Assembly (NCBI GenBank): GCA_964035575.1
Contig: OZ037837.1
Location: forward strand, 496,001-560,000
From: Rhynchopus sp. YZ270_cl-10
Lineage: Eukaryota
Length of the DNA: 64,000 nt
Direction: 5' to 3'
Shown: one piece after another, positions 12,916-26,135 of the stretch
Layout: each line of letters starts with the position of its first letter
Position numbering within the stretch: position 1 is the first letter of the stretch
The notes under the pieces: generated by a model
Seen by the model: only the letters and a program-made list of their open reading frames with translations
Databases searched by the model: none
What the model was told of the DNA's origin: nothing
Translations under genes and position numbers: made by a program

Positions 12916-14416
12916 TGTGATTTTAATGTGCTTTTAATCTACATTTTACTTTTTTTCGGTGTGTCTTTTGGTGTACTTTTGGAATAATATTTGAAATAAA
13001 ATTGACTTAATTTTTAAGGCCACACCAAATTATGAAAAGTTTGAGGAAAATTTGTATGTAGAGTGTGGTGTTCAGAAATCACTTTATTTTCACGCCCAGC
13101 AGCGTGAAAATAAAGTGGCCGGAATTTCAGCCAAAAATTGCGAAGCGTGAGAATAAAGTGCATAAGAAAGGATTGGCAGAGGATTTGTTCAATAACATTC
13201 GTAAGGAAAGGCAACATCAGGGTGGTGCCATGACTGCCGTTTCTTTTGTAAATGTACTGAGGTTACTGATAATTCGTGTGCCCCGTCTGCCTGGTGTAAA
13301 TATCAGTGAAGTGCCGAACTCCGCAGTTGGACAACCACGGAATTCTCACATTCCGCCGGAGGCCCCCAACTTGAGCTAAGGTGGGGACCCGGGCGCGCGC
13401 AGCGCGCCCGGGCTCGGCTGACAAATTTTCGACCCCCCTTGAGGCCTGAAAAACCGGATCGAAAAATAAACTCTGCATCAAACAACTACAAAAAAAGGGG
13501 GGTGAGGGAACGACAATACGTTGTCTATTTCTTTGAAATCCTGGTTGTATTAGTGTAGACACCCGAGGATGAACTCCACTATAATTTTTTTTATTCCATT
13601 TGCACTGTCCAAGTCAAACCTGGGGGTACCAGACTGTCCTTGCTCCTATACTAAATAGAAGAAACAAAAAGAGTGGGAGGAGTGGAGGACAGAAACGAAG
13701 CGTTTTGCAATATGACTTGAAATACAAAACCCCGCTCGTGATCAGTGTATCTTGGTATAGTTGACCGGCTGTAGGACCCAAGCCCTACATCCATTTTGTA
13801 GTTTACATCTGACATGAACGAAGCATATGAAAGATGAAAATGTGTGCCTTCTGCATCAGGACGTTGCGCATTTTGTGGAGTTCATGCGAACGAGGTTCAT
13901 TTTACAACAAAAAAACGTAAGCCTCACGTTGCCACTCATGCTGCACCACGAAACCGAAAGTGGGTACTGGGGGAAGGAAAATCAAAACATTGGCAACGCA
14001 ACCAACTGTACGCAAGTTGGTGTGACGCATACAAATACAGAATTAAAAGAGAGAAAGGTTCGCAAGATGAACCTAAGCCTCTCGTGCTTAGTCACCTGTG
14101 TCACGTATACACTTCAGAATTAAAAAAGAAGGAAAAGATGACCCCAAGCATCATAGTCAAGAATGAATTAGTTTTGTTGAGGATGCAAAAATATAGGAGA
14201 GATTTGAGGTATGGAAGACTTCACGCTCAGATCACATAGAAACACTTCTGTGCGGGATTGAGGCATCCAAGAACGATAGGATTCATGTGGTTTGGTGAAA
14301 AAACAATAAGATGTTGAGGTCAATCACGATGCTACTCAAAGCTAAGATACAAGTCAATGTTTCTTTTTCAAAAAAATAAGTATTGTGACGAGAAAAACAG
14401 TCAAGAAAAGACAGGC

Positions 14417-15148
14417 TCAAAGGAAGAGAATGCTGAGTACGAAGGCAGCTTGCAGAACCATGCTGGGAACAAATGCAGCACATGAATTGGCAGCAGAGTC
14501 ACCTTCCCCTTCCAGGCGAGCGCCTTTGCAGAGGCCAGGGTTCTTCGTGTACACAGTGGCGTTGGGCTCAATCAGACCCCCCTCGCCCAGGTCGTATGGC
14601 TTGTTCCCAGACCAGTAGCCACGTCCGCGCTCACCGTATTGGCAGCCAAACCACCACCACGTGCCCTTCCAGCTGCCCGGTCCAGGGCCAGAGCACTTCA
14701 TCGCCACACATCCCATGGCGTAGATGTTTGACGACGCCATCTGTGTGTAGTGCGACGTCACGCCCGTCGACGTGTCTGCAGCATAGTTGTAGTCGTCCTT
14801 CTCGTTCCACCACCCCTGTCCGAAGAAGGCTGGTGTCCCGTCTGCCAGGCGTGTCTCGCCAGGTTCGTTGCAGCCTGTGCCCGCGCAGTACGCTAGGTTC
14901 TCTCCAAGGTTCTTGTAGCCGCCAACGTTCTTGCGTGATGCGGAGCTGGAGTGCGGCCATTTCCGGTTGCAGTCGTCCATGTGTGCGGCGAGGTTGGCCT
15001 GGATCGCGCTGTCCCATCTGATGTGCAGCATGTTCTTGGCGGGGGGTGAGGTGGCAGCACGCCATGTGTTGTGCTGGACAAGGATGCGCCCCTCCCACTC
15101 TGTTGTCGGGCAGCCCGATAGGACGAGAAGGCAGAGTGCTGGGAGCAT
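14417..15148 (-). CDS. Secreted CAP/SCP (PR-1/GLIPR-like) domain protein, possibly GPI-anchored
   Basis: Signal peptide MLPALCLLVLSG. CAP motifs HNTWR, NMLHIRWD, GENLA, WWNEKDDYNY, SHYTQM, GC. Hydrophobic C-terminal tail. Start placed at the first ATG (15148). Confidence 0.92.
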   Translation of the reverse strand: MLPALCLLVLSGCPTTEWEGRILVQHNTWRAATSPPAKNMLHIRWDSAIQANLAAHMDDCNRKWPHSSSASRKNVGGYKNLGENLAYCAGTGCNEPGETRLADGTPAFFGQGWWNEKDDYNYAADTSTGVTSHYTQMASSNIYAMGCVAMKCSGPGPGSWKGTWWWFGCQYGERGRGYWSGNKPYDLGEGGLIEPNATVYTKNPGLCKGARLEGEGDSAANSCAAFVPSMVLQAAFVLSILFL

Positions 15149-15940
15149 TGTGTATTGTTTGATAAATCTGTGGTGGTGTTTAGTGTTGTAGCTTTGTTTT
15201 GTGGCAACAGAAGTGAAAGCGAAGCCTGTCCTTGTGGGCTGGGAGTAGTGTATTGTAGTGTGTCTTTGTTGTGAAATTGTCTCAAACAATACAAAGAAGC
15301 TTCCTTTTGTTTTGTCCCTTTGTCAAAATCTCTTCGTTTTCTCTTTCCTCATTTACGCACCAACACCACAAGCATCTCCTTATTCATATTTTTAAGCTGC
15401 TTCGTCGTGGAACCTGATGACTCAGTTTCCACGCAAGGGAGGTGTCGCTACGCACCTGTCCCAAGACTGCTGCACTCTTGTCTCTGTTTTGCTCACCCTT
15501 CTTTTTGTGCCCTCCCCACCCAACCCATCACCCTCGACACAACCTTCAATGCCCCTCTCTTGATTGCGCCCATCCTCGTCCGTACTTCAAACCCTTCTTC
15601 AAAGTGAGTCACTACACACATCGTATTAAATGGCAAATAAAACATTTCCTTTTGAGGTGTGACTTGTATTGTGGTGTGGGTTGTACCCTAGAAGGACACG
15701 AGAAGGACCTTTTTTACACATAATCTTTGGAGAGATCACACCATTTTGTTTTCTTTCGGTAATTATTGAAACCCCCAACAGACCCAAAAAAACCCCGTCC
15801 TGAAGTACGGGGGAGAGGTGGGGCACAAAAGGAGGAATAGCGTTGTTCTCACCTCATCACAATTAGGAACCCACCCTTGCCCTTACCTTTTATCACACAC
15901 AGAAACGCAACATCAACGGAATTGAACAATATTACACCAT

Positions 15941-16038
15941 CCACCTGATTTTTACCCCGCGTAAAGGCCCATGTAGGCCAAACCCCACCCATTTTCCCCA
16001 GACTTTACGCGCCTATACGCGGGGTAAAAATCAGGTGG
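15941..16038. mobile_element. 98-bp MITE
   Basis: Perfect 23-bp TIR CCACCTGATTTTTACCCCGCGTA / TACGCGGGGTAAAAATCAGGTGG. Confidence 0.8.
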
Positions 16039-16563
16039 GCCATACTTTCAACCAAAAATGAAATACCTCCAGCTTGTATTTATTCATTGCTTCTTGTTTG
16101 CTGATCGCATCCATCCTTTTTTTAAACCCCAATAGACCCGAAAACCCGCGTCCATATTTACGTTTCCTCAAAAATTGCACAATAGTATTCCCACACACCC
16201 AGCCAACCCTCTCAAATCCTCCCAATTGTATCTTATCCAACTCATCCCAACAAACCCCACCACCTCACTCTGTCACTCCCTCCCAAAAAGACAAACCCCC
16301 TTTTGTGCTTCACTCCTTCTTTTCTTCCCTTTCCACCCTTTTTGCTAGTGTCGTCGTTCTCAACAGCAGCAACAGCAATGGTGTTGTCAGTTGGCGGTGC
16401 ACATAAGTCGCACCTGTTTCGCTTGACAGGGTTGCACCATGTTCTCCTTGCAGACCTGCTGCACCACTTCTTGGGACATCTCGCCGTGTAGTGCAGAGCA
16501 GCCGTGCAGCAGACGAGAAGATGCACAACAACAACTGCTGCAAAGTGAACGCCTTCTAGCTTC

Positions 16564-17886
16564 TCAATTGCGTAAGTCTTTAGGCAGACGACTGAGTATA
16601 TCATTGCTGCACTTCTCCTTTCCACGCAAGGTCTTCAACTCTGTGCAGTCTTGTAATAACCCAGGCCCAACCTCGGTGACAGCTTGCAATCCACTCAGAT
16701 CAAGTGTCCTCAATGATATGCACTCGGCGAGGAATTGGTTCCCAATCGAGGTTACAGCTTGTAATCCACTCAGATTGAGTGTTGTCAATGATCTGCACGC
16801 GTAGAGGAAGCTGTCCCCAATCGAGGTGACACTTTGTAATCCACTCAGATCAAGTGTCCTCAATGGTGCGCAACCGCAGAGGAACGCGTCCCCAATCGAG
16901 GTGACACCTTTTAATCCACTTAGATCAACTGTCGACAACATCTGGCAACATTGCAGGAACCTGTTCCCAATCGAGGTGACACCTTGTAATCCACTCAGAT
17001 CAACTGTCTTCAATGATCTGCAACTGCTGAGGAAGTCGTCTCTAATGACAACCAAAGCAGATGCGTAACTGATATCAATGCACGTCACATCAGTTCCCTT
17101 GAAGAAGTTGTCTGGAATCGCAGTCGCAGCTCCTGCCTGGAGGAGCAAGCAAGCCAGCTTCGGATCACTGCCTTCATCAGTCACCTGCTTCAACCTTTCT
17201 GATGTAAGTGTTGTATCACCCAACTCACGAAGTGCTGCAATGGCATCGTACACAACAAGCGCACACCTCAGCTTCCGGTAAAACGTTGTGTGTGGGTCTG
17301 CAGCACCCACAAGGCGGTGGCGGTCTCCACACGCTGCCATTCCGTTGATGCTCCGCACAACTGCCTGCGACTCTGTGACCGCACGCAGCACCTGCTCGTC
17401 CCCAAGCTGGCACACCGCCTCGCACTCAGCAATCATGTGTCCTGCCTTCGCAACAAACGTCGTCAGCGCACACACTTCCTCCTCTGCATCAGCCCGCTGT
17501 GCTGTCAGGTCTGTCACGTGTGAGTGGAGTACAGCGCGCTGGCGTTTCATGTAGTCCATGAGGTCAACTGTCTCGTGTCCCGCATGTGTGTCGCAAAGGG
17601 AACAGCACATGCAGATCAACGCGTCTCCACACGCAGGGTCTTCACAGACGAGGGACAGCTCTTGGCCTGGGTGCTGTGCACACTTCGACGACGTCCCGTA
17701 CGCAGTCACAGAAGCGCGATGTGTCTCGCGGTCACGTTTCCTTGGGTGGCAAGCATCGTAGCACGCAGGTGTGTCGCAGAAGAACAGCTCCGTGCAGATC
17801 CCGCACTGCAGCTGTGCAGGCTTGTCACAGTTCTCATTCTCACAGCTGGGCTTCTGTGGTGCGGTGGGCTGCGTGTCAGACACCAT
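16564..17886 (-). CDS. B-box(x2)/coiled-coil/LRR protein, paralog 1 (lacks the ubiquitin-like module)
   Basis: Two Cys/His zinc fingers (CENENCDKPAQLQCGICTELFFC...CH; CAQHPGQELSLVCEDPAC...IC..C...HAGH) and six 25-aa BspA-like LRRs (LSGLQxVTSIGxxFLxxCxxLxTVD). ATG at 17886 is shared with the paralogs. Confidence 0.88.
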   Translation of the reverse strand: MVSDTQPTAPQKPSCENENCDKPAQLQCGICTELFFCDTPACYDACHPRKRDRETHRASVTAYGTSSKCAQHPGQELSLVCEDPACGDALICMCCSLCDTHAGHETVDLMDYMKRQRAVLHSHVTDLTAQRADAEEEVCALTTFVAKAGHMIAECEAVCQLGDEQVLRAVTESQAVVRSINGMAACGDRHRLVGAADPHTTFYRKLRCALVVYDAIAALRELGDTTLTSERLKQVTDEGSDPKLACLLLQAGAATAIPDNFFKGTDVTCIDISYASALVVIRDDFLSSCRSLKTVDLSGLQGVTSIGNRFLQCCQMLSTVDLSGLKGVTSIGDAFLCGCAPLRTLDLSGLQSVTSIGDSFLYACRSLTTLNLSGLQAVTSIGNQFLAECISLRTLDLSGLQAVTEVGPGLLQDCTELKTLRGKEKCSNDILSRLPKDLRN

Positions 17887-20810
17887 GTTGTGTGTTTCGA
17901 AGAGGTGGGAGGGTGCAGGGGTGTCTGGAAGGGGTTGGGTGGGTGGTATGGGATGGAAACAGAGTGTGGGAAAAAACTGGAGAACACAAAATGAGAGGCT
18001 GGGTGTGTGATTGTCAAGCTTCTGCACCACTCACCACCCCAGAAGTGACAGCGTTCTTGCTCCTCCTCTGCCCTCCCACCCACGTAGCCACTTCCACCTC
18101 CGGCAAGCCAGCAAGATAGCGCACAGTCCAGCTATGTCCTGCAGCTGCGAGGATAAGACATGTGTGTCTCTCGTTGTCTGTGACACGCACCCCCGCACCT
18201 GAATACAACTGCTCCTTCCCCTTTCATGCTTGCAACGTGCAGAGGCGAAACCGTCGTCCTTTGAAACAAAGTAAGAAAAGCGGAGAGGAAGGGAGGTGGC
18301 CCTTTTGTCTCGTTAGTTTTGAAAACTTGGTTTTCAAGAAACAAATAATAAAAATAACAAAACACTTTTCGTTCAAGCAGGATGACGTAATGTGACCCCT
18401 TCTTTCCAGTTACAAAGTGTCGAACACTGTTTCCATTCCCAAATCTTTCGCAGACGTTATGTTCCAAGACGCAGTTTCCGTGAAAGGAGAGTCCCTGTTC
18501 ATCTGTTGGTCCAGCTTACAGGAGGAGCACATGCTATGTATATTTGCAACGTCTGCATGGGGTGAAAGAAGAAAAAAGAGGTCTTTTTTTTTGAAATCTT
18601 GGTTTCACATTTCGTGTAGCCACCCTCGTGCTTACTGTGGGTCAAAGGTTTCGTTTTCTTTTTTATTTTCCTTCCAAAATAACAGTCAATAACAGTTGGA
18701 AACAAAGAAAAGCCAATAAAAAGCACTATTTTCCCCCCTGGGAATTACACAACTGGGGAAGGATCCTTCCCAAAAAAAAAACACAAAGCTTTTAGATAAG
18801 CCTTAACGCCTCCTACTTGCTCACCTTGTAAATAAAAGAAAAGGTTAGACGATCCCAAGCCTTTCGTACTTGGTCACCTAAATAAAAAAAAAAGTGATAT
18901 TGACCACATAAACATGATGCCACTGTACTGGAGATACTGAGGGGGGGGATAGGGGGTGGACTGAACAGATGGAAAAAAAAAAAATACCAAAAAAAAAAGA
19001 AAAAGAAAAAAATCTGTTAAGATGCGTGTACGCCTCGTGTGCGTAGTCACCTGAACAAAGAGTAGAAGTGCAGACGCCTCACCGTTCGTCGGCGGACGCA
19101 GGACACTATAATAAAAAAGTGAATAGTGAAGCAAAATGACAAGAAAAAAATGTGTGTGGAGTAAAGCGGGGTCCTCTCAGGGGCCATCTCAGTTATCATT
19201 TTGCTCTTTAGTTAAGAACATAATAAACGGAGCAGTAAGAAGTGGTCTCATTTAAGTAGCAAATAATGAGCCGAACGCTCTTCGCAGTGGGGTCAAATTG
19301 CCGAAATGGACAAGTTCTTGGTTTTGGTCAAAATCCATGTAAGGTAAAGAGGGCCAAGGAGAAGCCAAAGTCCAAAATTTAACCAGATTTTCTATGAGAA
19401 CCCAAAAATGTTCGAACATCGCCTATTTTACTTTTTCGGAATCCGTCCGCGCTGTGGTGGGTCAAATTGCTGAATTGTACGAGATCTTGGTTTTGGTCAA
19501 AATGAGTGCAAGGTAAAGAAAGGGCCAAGGTAAATCTCACAACCCATATTTTCTCTCCCCCTCCTGCCTCCATGCCCCTAATACGAAAAAAAAAAAAATA
19601 TTGGTTCTGCTATTCTGGGCATCCGGATTTTTTGGTGCGGCTGAAGGGAGGTGCTATTTTCTGCTACATTCTGCTATTTTATGCTATTTTGGGGTCGTCG
19701 GCCACACCAAATACCACTGTGGATAATATGTGATGCAAATAATAACTGAGATTCTGCTTTATGTTATGTTTTTGGGCAAATTGCGATAACACGTATACTT
19801 TTGTGTACGTGGTATCGCAATTCGCCCTATACTTTTTTTTATTTTTTGGAGAAAAATTACATAGTGCAACATTTGACAAACATTCCGCCTTGAGTTCGTG
19901 AAAGACCACGAGGCTCGTCTGGCCGTGTGAATAACAGCTTCTTTTTTGCGTTAAGCGCTTAGACCTGCGAAAGCTTGACAAGCACAAAGAAAACTTGAAT
20001 ATAAGATGAATGTACCTCTCGTGCATACACATCGTTACCACTATCGTTAGAGCGCTGGAACACGCATGGGTGTGAAGATGCGCTGTCTCTTCGTCACAAA
20101 AAAGAATGCGTTTTAAAGTGCAAAACACTTTACCATACAGTAAATGAATTTTTCTCGAGAATGCAGGCACTGTGTTCTCTGGGGGGTAACACAATGTCAT
20201 AAAATAAGCACAAAAAACACATATTAACGTACACACTCTGTTGATTCTAAAATGGGTAAAAAAACCACGAAACGGGAAAAGGTAGGGGGAGATGAGGGGG
20301 AGATCAAAATGTTGGAACGGTTCTTTCGCTCCAGATCACAAAAAAAAAAGTCACGCGAAGTAAAGTGGGGGATAACTGTTTAAAAGAATATTTGTTGGGT
20401 GGAATGATCTTTTTGGGGGATTTTTTTCCTTTTCTTATTTGGTATCTTATACAAACAGAAAGGGGGGTTTTTTGGGGGGATAAGGCAACAAGGCAACACA
20501 CAGCCGGCAGCAAGAAAAAGGCCGCGATGCGCGCTGTAATAACAAAAACGATACCTGCAGTATCCTTTTCTGGGGTTGCTAACAGGAGCCCTTTTGAATA
20601 AGCTTTCTGTCTTTTTGTTTTTTTTGTTTTTTTTTTGTTTTCCAGAAAAGAATGAGATTTTAATTTTGGTTCCTTGTTTAGTAAGATTGCTACTTTTTGT
20701 TTATTGTGAACAAAAAAAAGGGAGGGGGAGGGAACTGCGGGGGAGGTGGAGGTTTTGTAAGATGAACCTAACGTGCTTAGTCATCTTAGTTAAAACAACG
20801 ATGATTTGAG

Positions 20811-22672
20811 ATATGGGAGCGTCCGCGAAAGACCCCCCCCTAAAGCTAACATCCATGCTTATTGGTATTTCACTAATTAAAATTTTGGTATTTTATAAGA
20901 TTTTTTTTTAAAATGAACTCAGAGTTAAGTTTCTGAGTTCATTAAAAAAAAAATCGGTGAAAAATTCCGAGTAGGTATTAATTTAGATAGGAAAAGCTAT
21001 GTCAACAGCTATGTGTCCCCTTATTTTACCTGTAAATACTAAGGATATAGGAAGGAATTCAGTAATATCTGTCTCTAAACCCATTATCAAAAAGGGGGTA
21101 GGAAAGGGGGGTGGAGGCTTGTCGCCCCCTCCGAACACTCTAAATAGAGCGCGAAAGAGCTTCACGCTCCGGGTCGTCTGCGGCGACGTCGACTTTCTCG
21201 CAGAAAACCCCCTTTTTTGAGTGACCCTATTGACCTCCGTGATGAGTCTCTCCAAGAGTTACAGACAATTGTCCGCCTGTTCCTCCTCTTCCTCCTCCGT
21301 CTCGCTGTCACTGTCCTCCTGAGGGTGTCGCTGATGCAACTACAGGAGTAGTAAACGGCGGACACCCCTTTTCTCCTGGTGGTGTCTTCTGCATATGGAG
21401 GGACATATGCTTCGAGCTACACACCTCGCGCATCCAGCTCCTCGCGCCCCACCCTTTGCCCCCCTGCCAGTGAACCCCTGCATACACCTGCAGCTCGGCG
21501 AAGTTTTTTAGGCCTCGGAAAGGCCGGGTTTTCAGCTCCTGAGCGAATGCTTTGGCTGCTGATTACATTTCCCCCTGTTGTGTTGTTCTATGGGTGGTTA
21601 TATGGGTGTTTGTGAGGATTTCCTTGTATATCCTTAGTATTTACAGGTAAAATAAGGGGACACATAGCTGTTGACATAGCTTTTCCTATCTAAATTAATA
21701 CCTACTCGGAATTTTTCACCGTTTTTTCAACTTACCTTCCTTCACCCCCCTGTAAGGGCAACCGTAGGTGAAGTAAGGTATAGTATTGAAATCGATGTGG
21801 GGGGGGAGTAAAGGGTCAATTTTACAAAACCAGATTTTGAGGAAAATTTTAGCCGAAAATGGGCCCCACGTATAAGCAACCGGACTCATATTTCTCAAAA
21901 TTTAAGTGGTCAAAAAATTGTCCAATTTTCGAGATTGACCCCACCACTGCACGGGCGGAGCCCAAAAATGCAAATAAGGACCCTTTTTAATTTGTTCTCT
22001 TGAAATGTGTAATTTCATGTTTTCGCGAAAAAAATAACAACTGATCCTACAAGGGTTGAAGGAAGGTGGTTGAAAACAACAATAACAACAAGGACAAGTA
22101 ATTGCTAAGAAAAAAGCGGGGTGTGCTGTGGAAAACTCTGCGCGATTTTCGAAACCACCGTAGCATCCTGGCGATTTGCTGGAGGTGCTGATGCGCCTGG
22201 TGTGATCGATGTGTTGTAGTCTGTGCATTCTGTGTTCCTTCGGCACTGCTCCAACGACGACGACAATGTGGGGAGCCTGTGGACAAAAACGAGCTGGAAC
22301 ACGCCGAGCCTGCCGAGCGGGCGTCCAACAACGCTATCGAGCAGATGGTGCTGGAAGAAGAGGACAGCCCCCCTTCTTGAACGTTTCAGATGCTGGCGTC
22401 CCAGTGGGTCTGGCAGCGTACGAAGAGCGTTAGAATACCTGCAGAAGAGCAGAATGCTGGGCGTGTTGTAGATTATTTCTACAGGATGGAGTTCCACATC
22501 ACACCCCGTTTTTTTTCCGATAGCAATTACTTGTTTTTTAATGAACTCAGAAACTTAACTCTGAGTTCATTAAAAAAAAAAATCTTATAAAATACCAAAA
22601 TTTTAATTAGTGAAATACCAATAAGCATGGATGTTAGCTTTAGGGGGGGGTCTTTCGCGGACGCTGCCATAT
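20811..22672. mobile_element. Foldback-type element with ~235-bp TIRs; right TIR interrupted by another element
   Basis: 20811-21050 is the reverse complement of 21627-21721 plus 22534-22672. Termini are ATATGG(G/C)AGCGTCCGCGAAAGACCCC. Confidence 0.85.
21722..22530 (-). mobile_element. Interspersed element, copy 2 (inverted relative to 10970-11975), inserted in the foldback TIR
   Basis: Reverse-complement match to 11180-11975. It splits the host TIR. Confidence 0.78.
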
Positions 22673-24673
22673 ATTGTTTGAAAGTTGACAGTGGAGGTTG
22701 CATAGGTTGCAACTACACTTCAACAAATTTTAAAAGTTTTTTTTTTAAAAACAACAACAACAACAACAACAACAACGCTCCTCCCAAAAGGAGCAAAAGT
22801 GAGAAAAAAAGGGGGGGTTTCAGGTTGGCAAGAAACAAAGAAGAAAAAAAAAAACTGGAGAAGTTCAGTCAGACGTGATAAAGAGATAAAAAGAGAAGTT
22901 GAAAATGATCCTTCTTTTTTTTTTGTCTCAAGGTGACCAAGCCTCTCGGGGCTTGGTCATCTTTTGACAAAAAACAAACTTGAACGAAACACTCGCCCCG
23001 CACATACACACAAAGAAAAGAGAAAAAAAAACAAGTTTATAGGATGAACCTAAGCCTCTCTCATGCTTAGTCACCTAACGCCTAAGGGGAAGAATGTGGA
23101 CCTCTGCATTTATCCTCACGGTTCACTCCTCTGGGCGCAATCCTCTGAATAGCACCCTTGCGAAGAAGGAACCAAGGGGGGAAAAAAACAGCTGCGCATT
23201 TTTCAAAGGGGGGGCGGGGAAGCCGCAGTTGCCACTGGTTCAATGATAACTTTGATGACACGGAAAAAGAAAAGTTTAAAAAAAATGGGGGGGGGGGAAA
23301 TCGTGAAGCAAAGTGAAGAGGTTTAAATTTTGCTAAACGCTTTCTTTGCCCCCCGCAGATACACACTGTGCAAGATGAATCAAGAGGAAAGAGCATTTTT
23401 GTCAATTAAATAAATAAAAAAACAAGCAAAAAAAAGATGGTTCGCGTTTTTTTGCTCGTCAAGACAACCCACTAAGCAGCTATAGGATCTCTTTCATAAG
23501 GATTTATGCGACTGGAAGACAAACACATAGTGACACACTGCAGAAGAGGAACGCTAAGTGATGATCGTCCATATCTGATAATCACACCATCCCAACAATT
23601 TTAACCAGAGATTTATATACCATAGTAGAACTGAGGCTGAACCTCAGTTTTGAAAAAAAAAAAAACTTTTGCAGATTTGGAGAAAAAGTTTTTTGCATTT
23701 TTTGGGGAACTGGGTTGCCGACCGCACCATGAAATCCCGTACCATACAGGCTGTACCCAAATTTTTTTTGCCTGCGGCGCCATTTTTCCTTTTTTGCTCC
23801 GCAAAAAAGGGTTCGTTGAGTGACCATGTGGTGTAAAAGGCTAGATTTTTACACCGTACCCCAATTTTTTTTCGCCTGCGGCGCCATATTATATTATTTT
23901 TCTTTGCTTCGCAAAAAAAATTGAGTCACGTCCTGATATGGGTGAAAAATTGCATCCGGGTGCCCTTTTGTGCACTCCTCCTGAAGGGGTGAAAGGTGCT
24001 GTGAATGCTACCTTGCGTGCTGGAGTCGGGCATAGTGCATGTGGGCTGGAGCCCTAGCCAGTGAAGCCCCCTGGGCTAGTACAATGATAATACTTCAATC
24101 TTAAGTCCGTTTCTTCAAAAAAGCCCCTCCATGCCTCCAGGCCCCTCAGGAATAACAGCCTCACTTTTTTTGCACTTTTGTGTACCGTTTTGGGCCGCTG
24201 TAATTGTGCTGTAATTGTGGTGTAATTGTGGTGTAATTGTGGCGTGATTGTGCTCAGTTTTGGTCAGTTCTGCTCAGTTCTGCGTAAGTGTGTGTAAGTG
24301 TACGTAAGTGTGCGTAAGTGTTGGTACTTGTGGGTACGTGTGTGTAAGTGTGCAAAAACGGATTTTTTTGTTTTCTGCATGTTTCTCCTGCTCTCTTATC
24401 TTAAATTTAGTGCCCAATAATGCTGAAGGTCGGCCAACAAGACTTTGATAACATTTCTCTTAATATTGCACTTTTTTTGGCGTGGCTGCATAACCGATTC
24501 CCCGCGTTTCTACCAGTTGTCATGCCGGTTAGGGGGGCATTCATGTGTTGAAAAAAAAATTGTTTTCGTTGGTGAATCTTTTAAACGCCGGCATTTGCAT
24601 TTCCGGAATCCGTCCGGCCAGTGATGGGGTCAATTTGCCGAAATGGACAAGTTCTCGTTGTTGGTCAATTCCG

Positions 24674-25159
24674 CAGTATACACAGTATACACAGTATACA
24701 CAGTATACACAGTATACACAGTATACACAGTATACACAGTATACACAGTATACACAGTATACACAGTATACACAGTATACACAGTATACACAGTATACAC
24801 AGTATACACAGTATACACAGTATACACAGTATACACAGTATACACAGTATACACAGTATACACAGTATACACAGTATACACAGTATACACAGTATACACA
24901 GTATACACAGTATACACAGTATACACAGTATACACAGTATACACAGTATACACAGTATACACAGTATACACAGTATACACAGTATACACAGTATACACAG
25001 TATACACAGTATACACAGTATACACAGTATACACAGTATACACAGTATACACAGTATACACAGTATACACAGTATACACAGTATACACAGTATACACAGT
25101 ATACACAGTATACACAGTATACACAGTATACACAGTATACACAGTATACACAGTATACA
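24674..25159 (+). repeat. Tandem repeat (CAGTATACA)x54
   Basis: Pure 9-bp array. Confidence 0.97.
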
Positions 25160-25175
25160 CAGGGGATTGGGAGTC

Positions 25176-26135
25176 GTACAGTACAGTACAGTACAGTACA
25201 GTACAGTACAGTACAGTACAGTACAGTACAGTACAGTACAGTACAGTACAGTACAGTACAGTACAGTACAGTACAGTACAGTACAGTACAGTACAGTACA
25301 GTACAGTACAGTACAGTACAGTACAGTACAGTACAGTACAGTACAGTACAGTACAGTACAGTACAGTACAGTACAGTACAGTACAGTACAGTACAGTACA
25401 GTACAGTACAGTACAGTACAGTACAGTACAGTACAGTACAGTACAGTACAGTACAGTACAGTACAGTACAGTACAGTACAGTACAGTACAGTACAGTACA
25501 GTACAGTACAGTACAGTACAGTACAGTACAGTACAGTACAGTACAGTACAGTACAGTACAGTACAGTACAGTACAGTACAGTACAGTACAGTACAGTACA
25601 GTACAGTACAGTACAGTACAGTACAGTACAGTACAGTACAGTACAGTACAGTACAGTACAGTACAGTACAGTACAGTACAGTACAGTACAGTACAGTACA
25701 GTACAGTACAGTACAGTACAGTACAGTACAGTACAGTACAGTACAGTACAGTACAGTACAGTACAGTACAGTACAGTACAGTACAGTACAGTACAGTACA
25801 GTACAGTACAGTACAGTACAGTACAGTACAGTACAGTACAGTACAGTACAGTACAGTACAGTACAGTACAGTACAGTACAGTACAGTACAGTACAGTACA
25901 GTACAGTACAGTACAGTACAGTACAGTACAGTACAGTACAGTACAGTACAGTACAGTACAGTACAGTACAGTACAGTACAGTACAGTACAGTACAGTACA
26001 GTACAGTACAGTACAGTACAGTACAGTACAGTACAGTACAGTACAGTACAGTACAGTACAGTACAGTACAGTACAGTACAGTACAGTACAGTACAGTACA
26101 GTACAGTACAGTACAGTACAGTACAGTACAGTACA
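25176..26135 (+). repeat. Tandem repeat (GTACA)x192
   Basis: Pure 5-bp array of 960 bp. Confidence 0.97.

Noticed and set aside
13541..13580. 40-bp match to 41814-41855 (GTTGTATTAGTGTAGACACCCGAG.GATGAACTCCACT)
   Set aside because: Two copies only, with no structure or boundaries that I can support.
16640..17060. 75-bp repeats with variable segments read as a CRISPR-like array
   Set aside because: They are in-frame LRR-coding units within a protein gene.
24674..26135. CRISPR array or telomere
   Set aside because: No unique spacers and no cas genes. The units are not TTAGGG-like and are internal to a TSD-bounded element.
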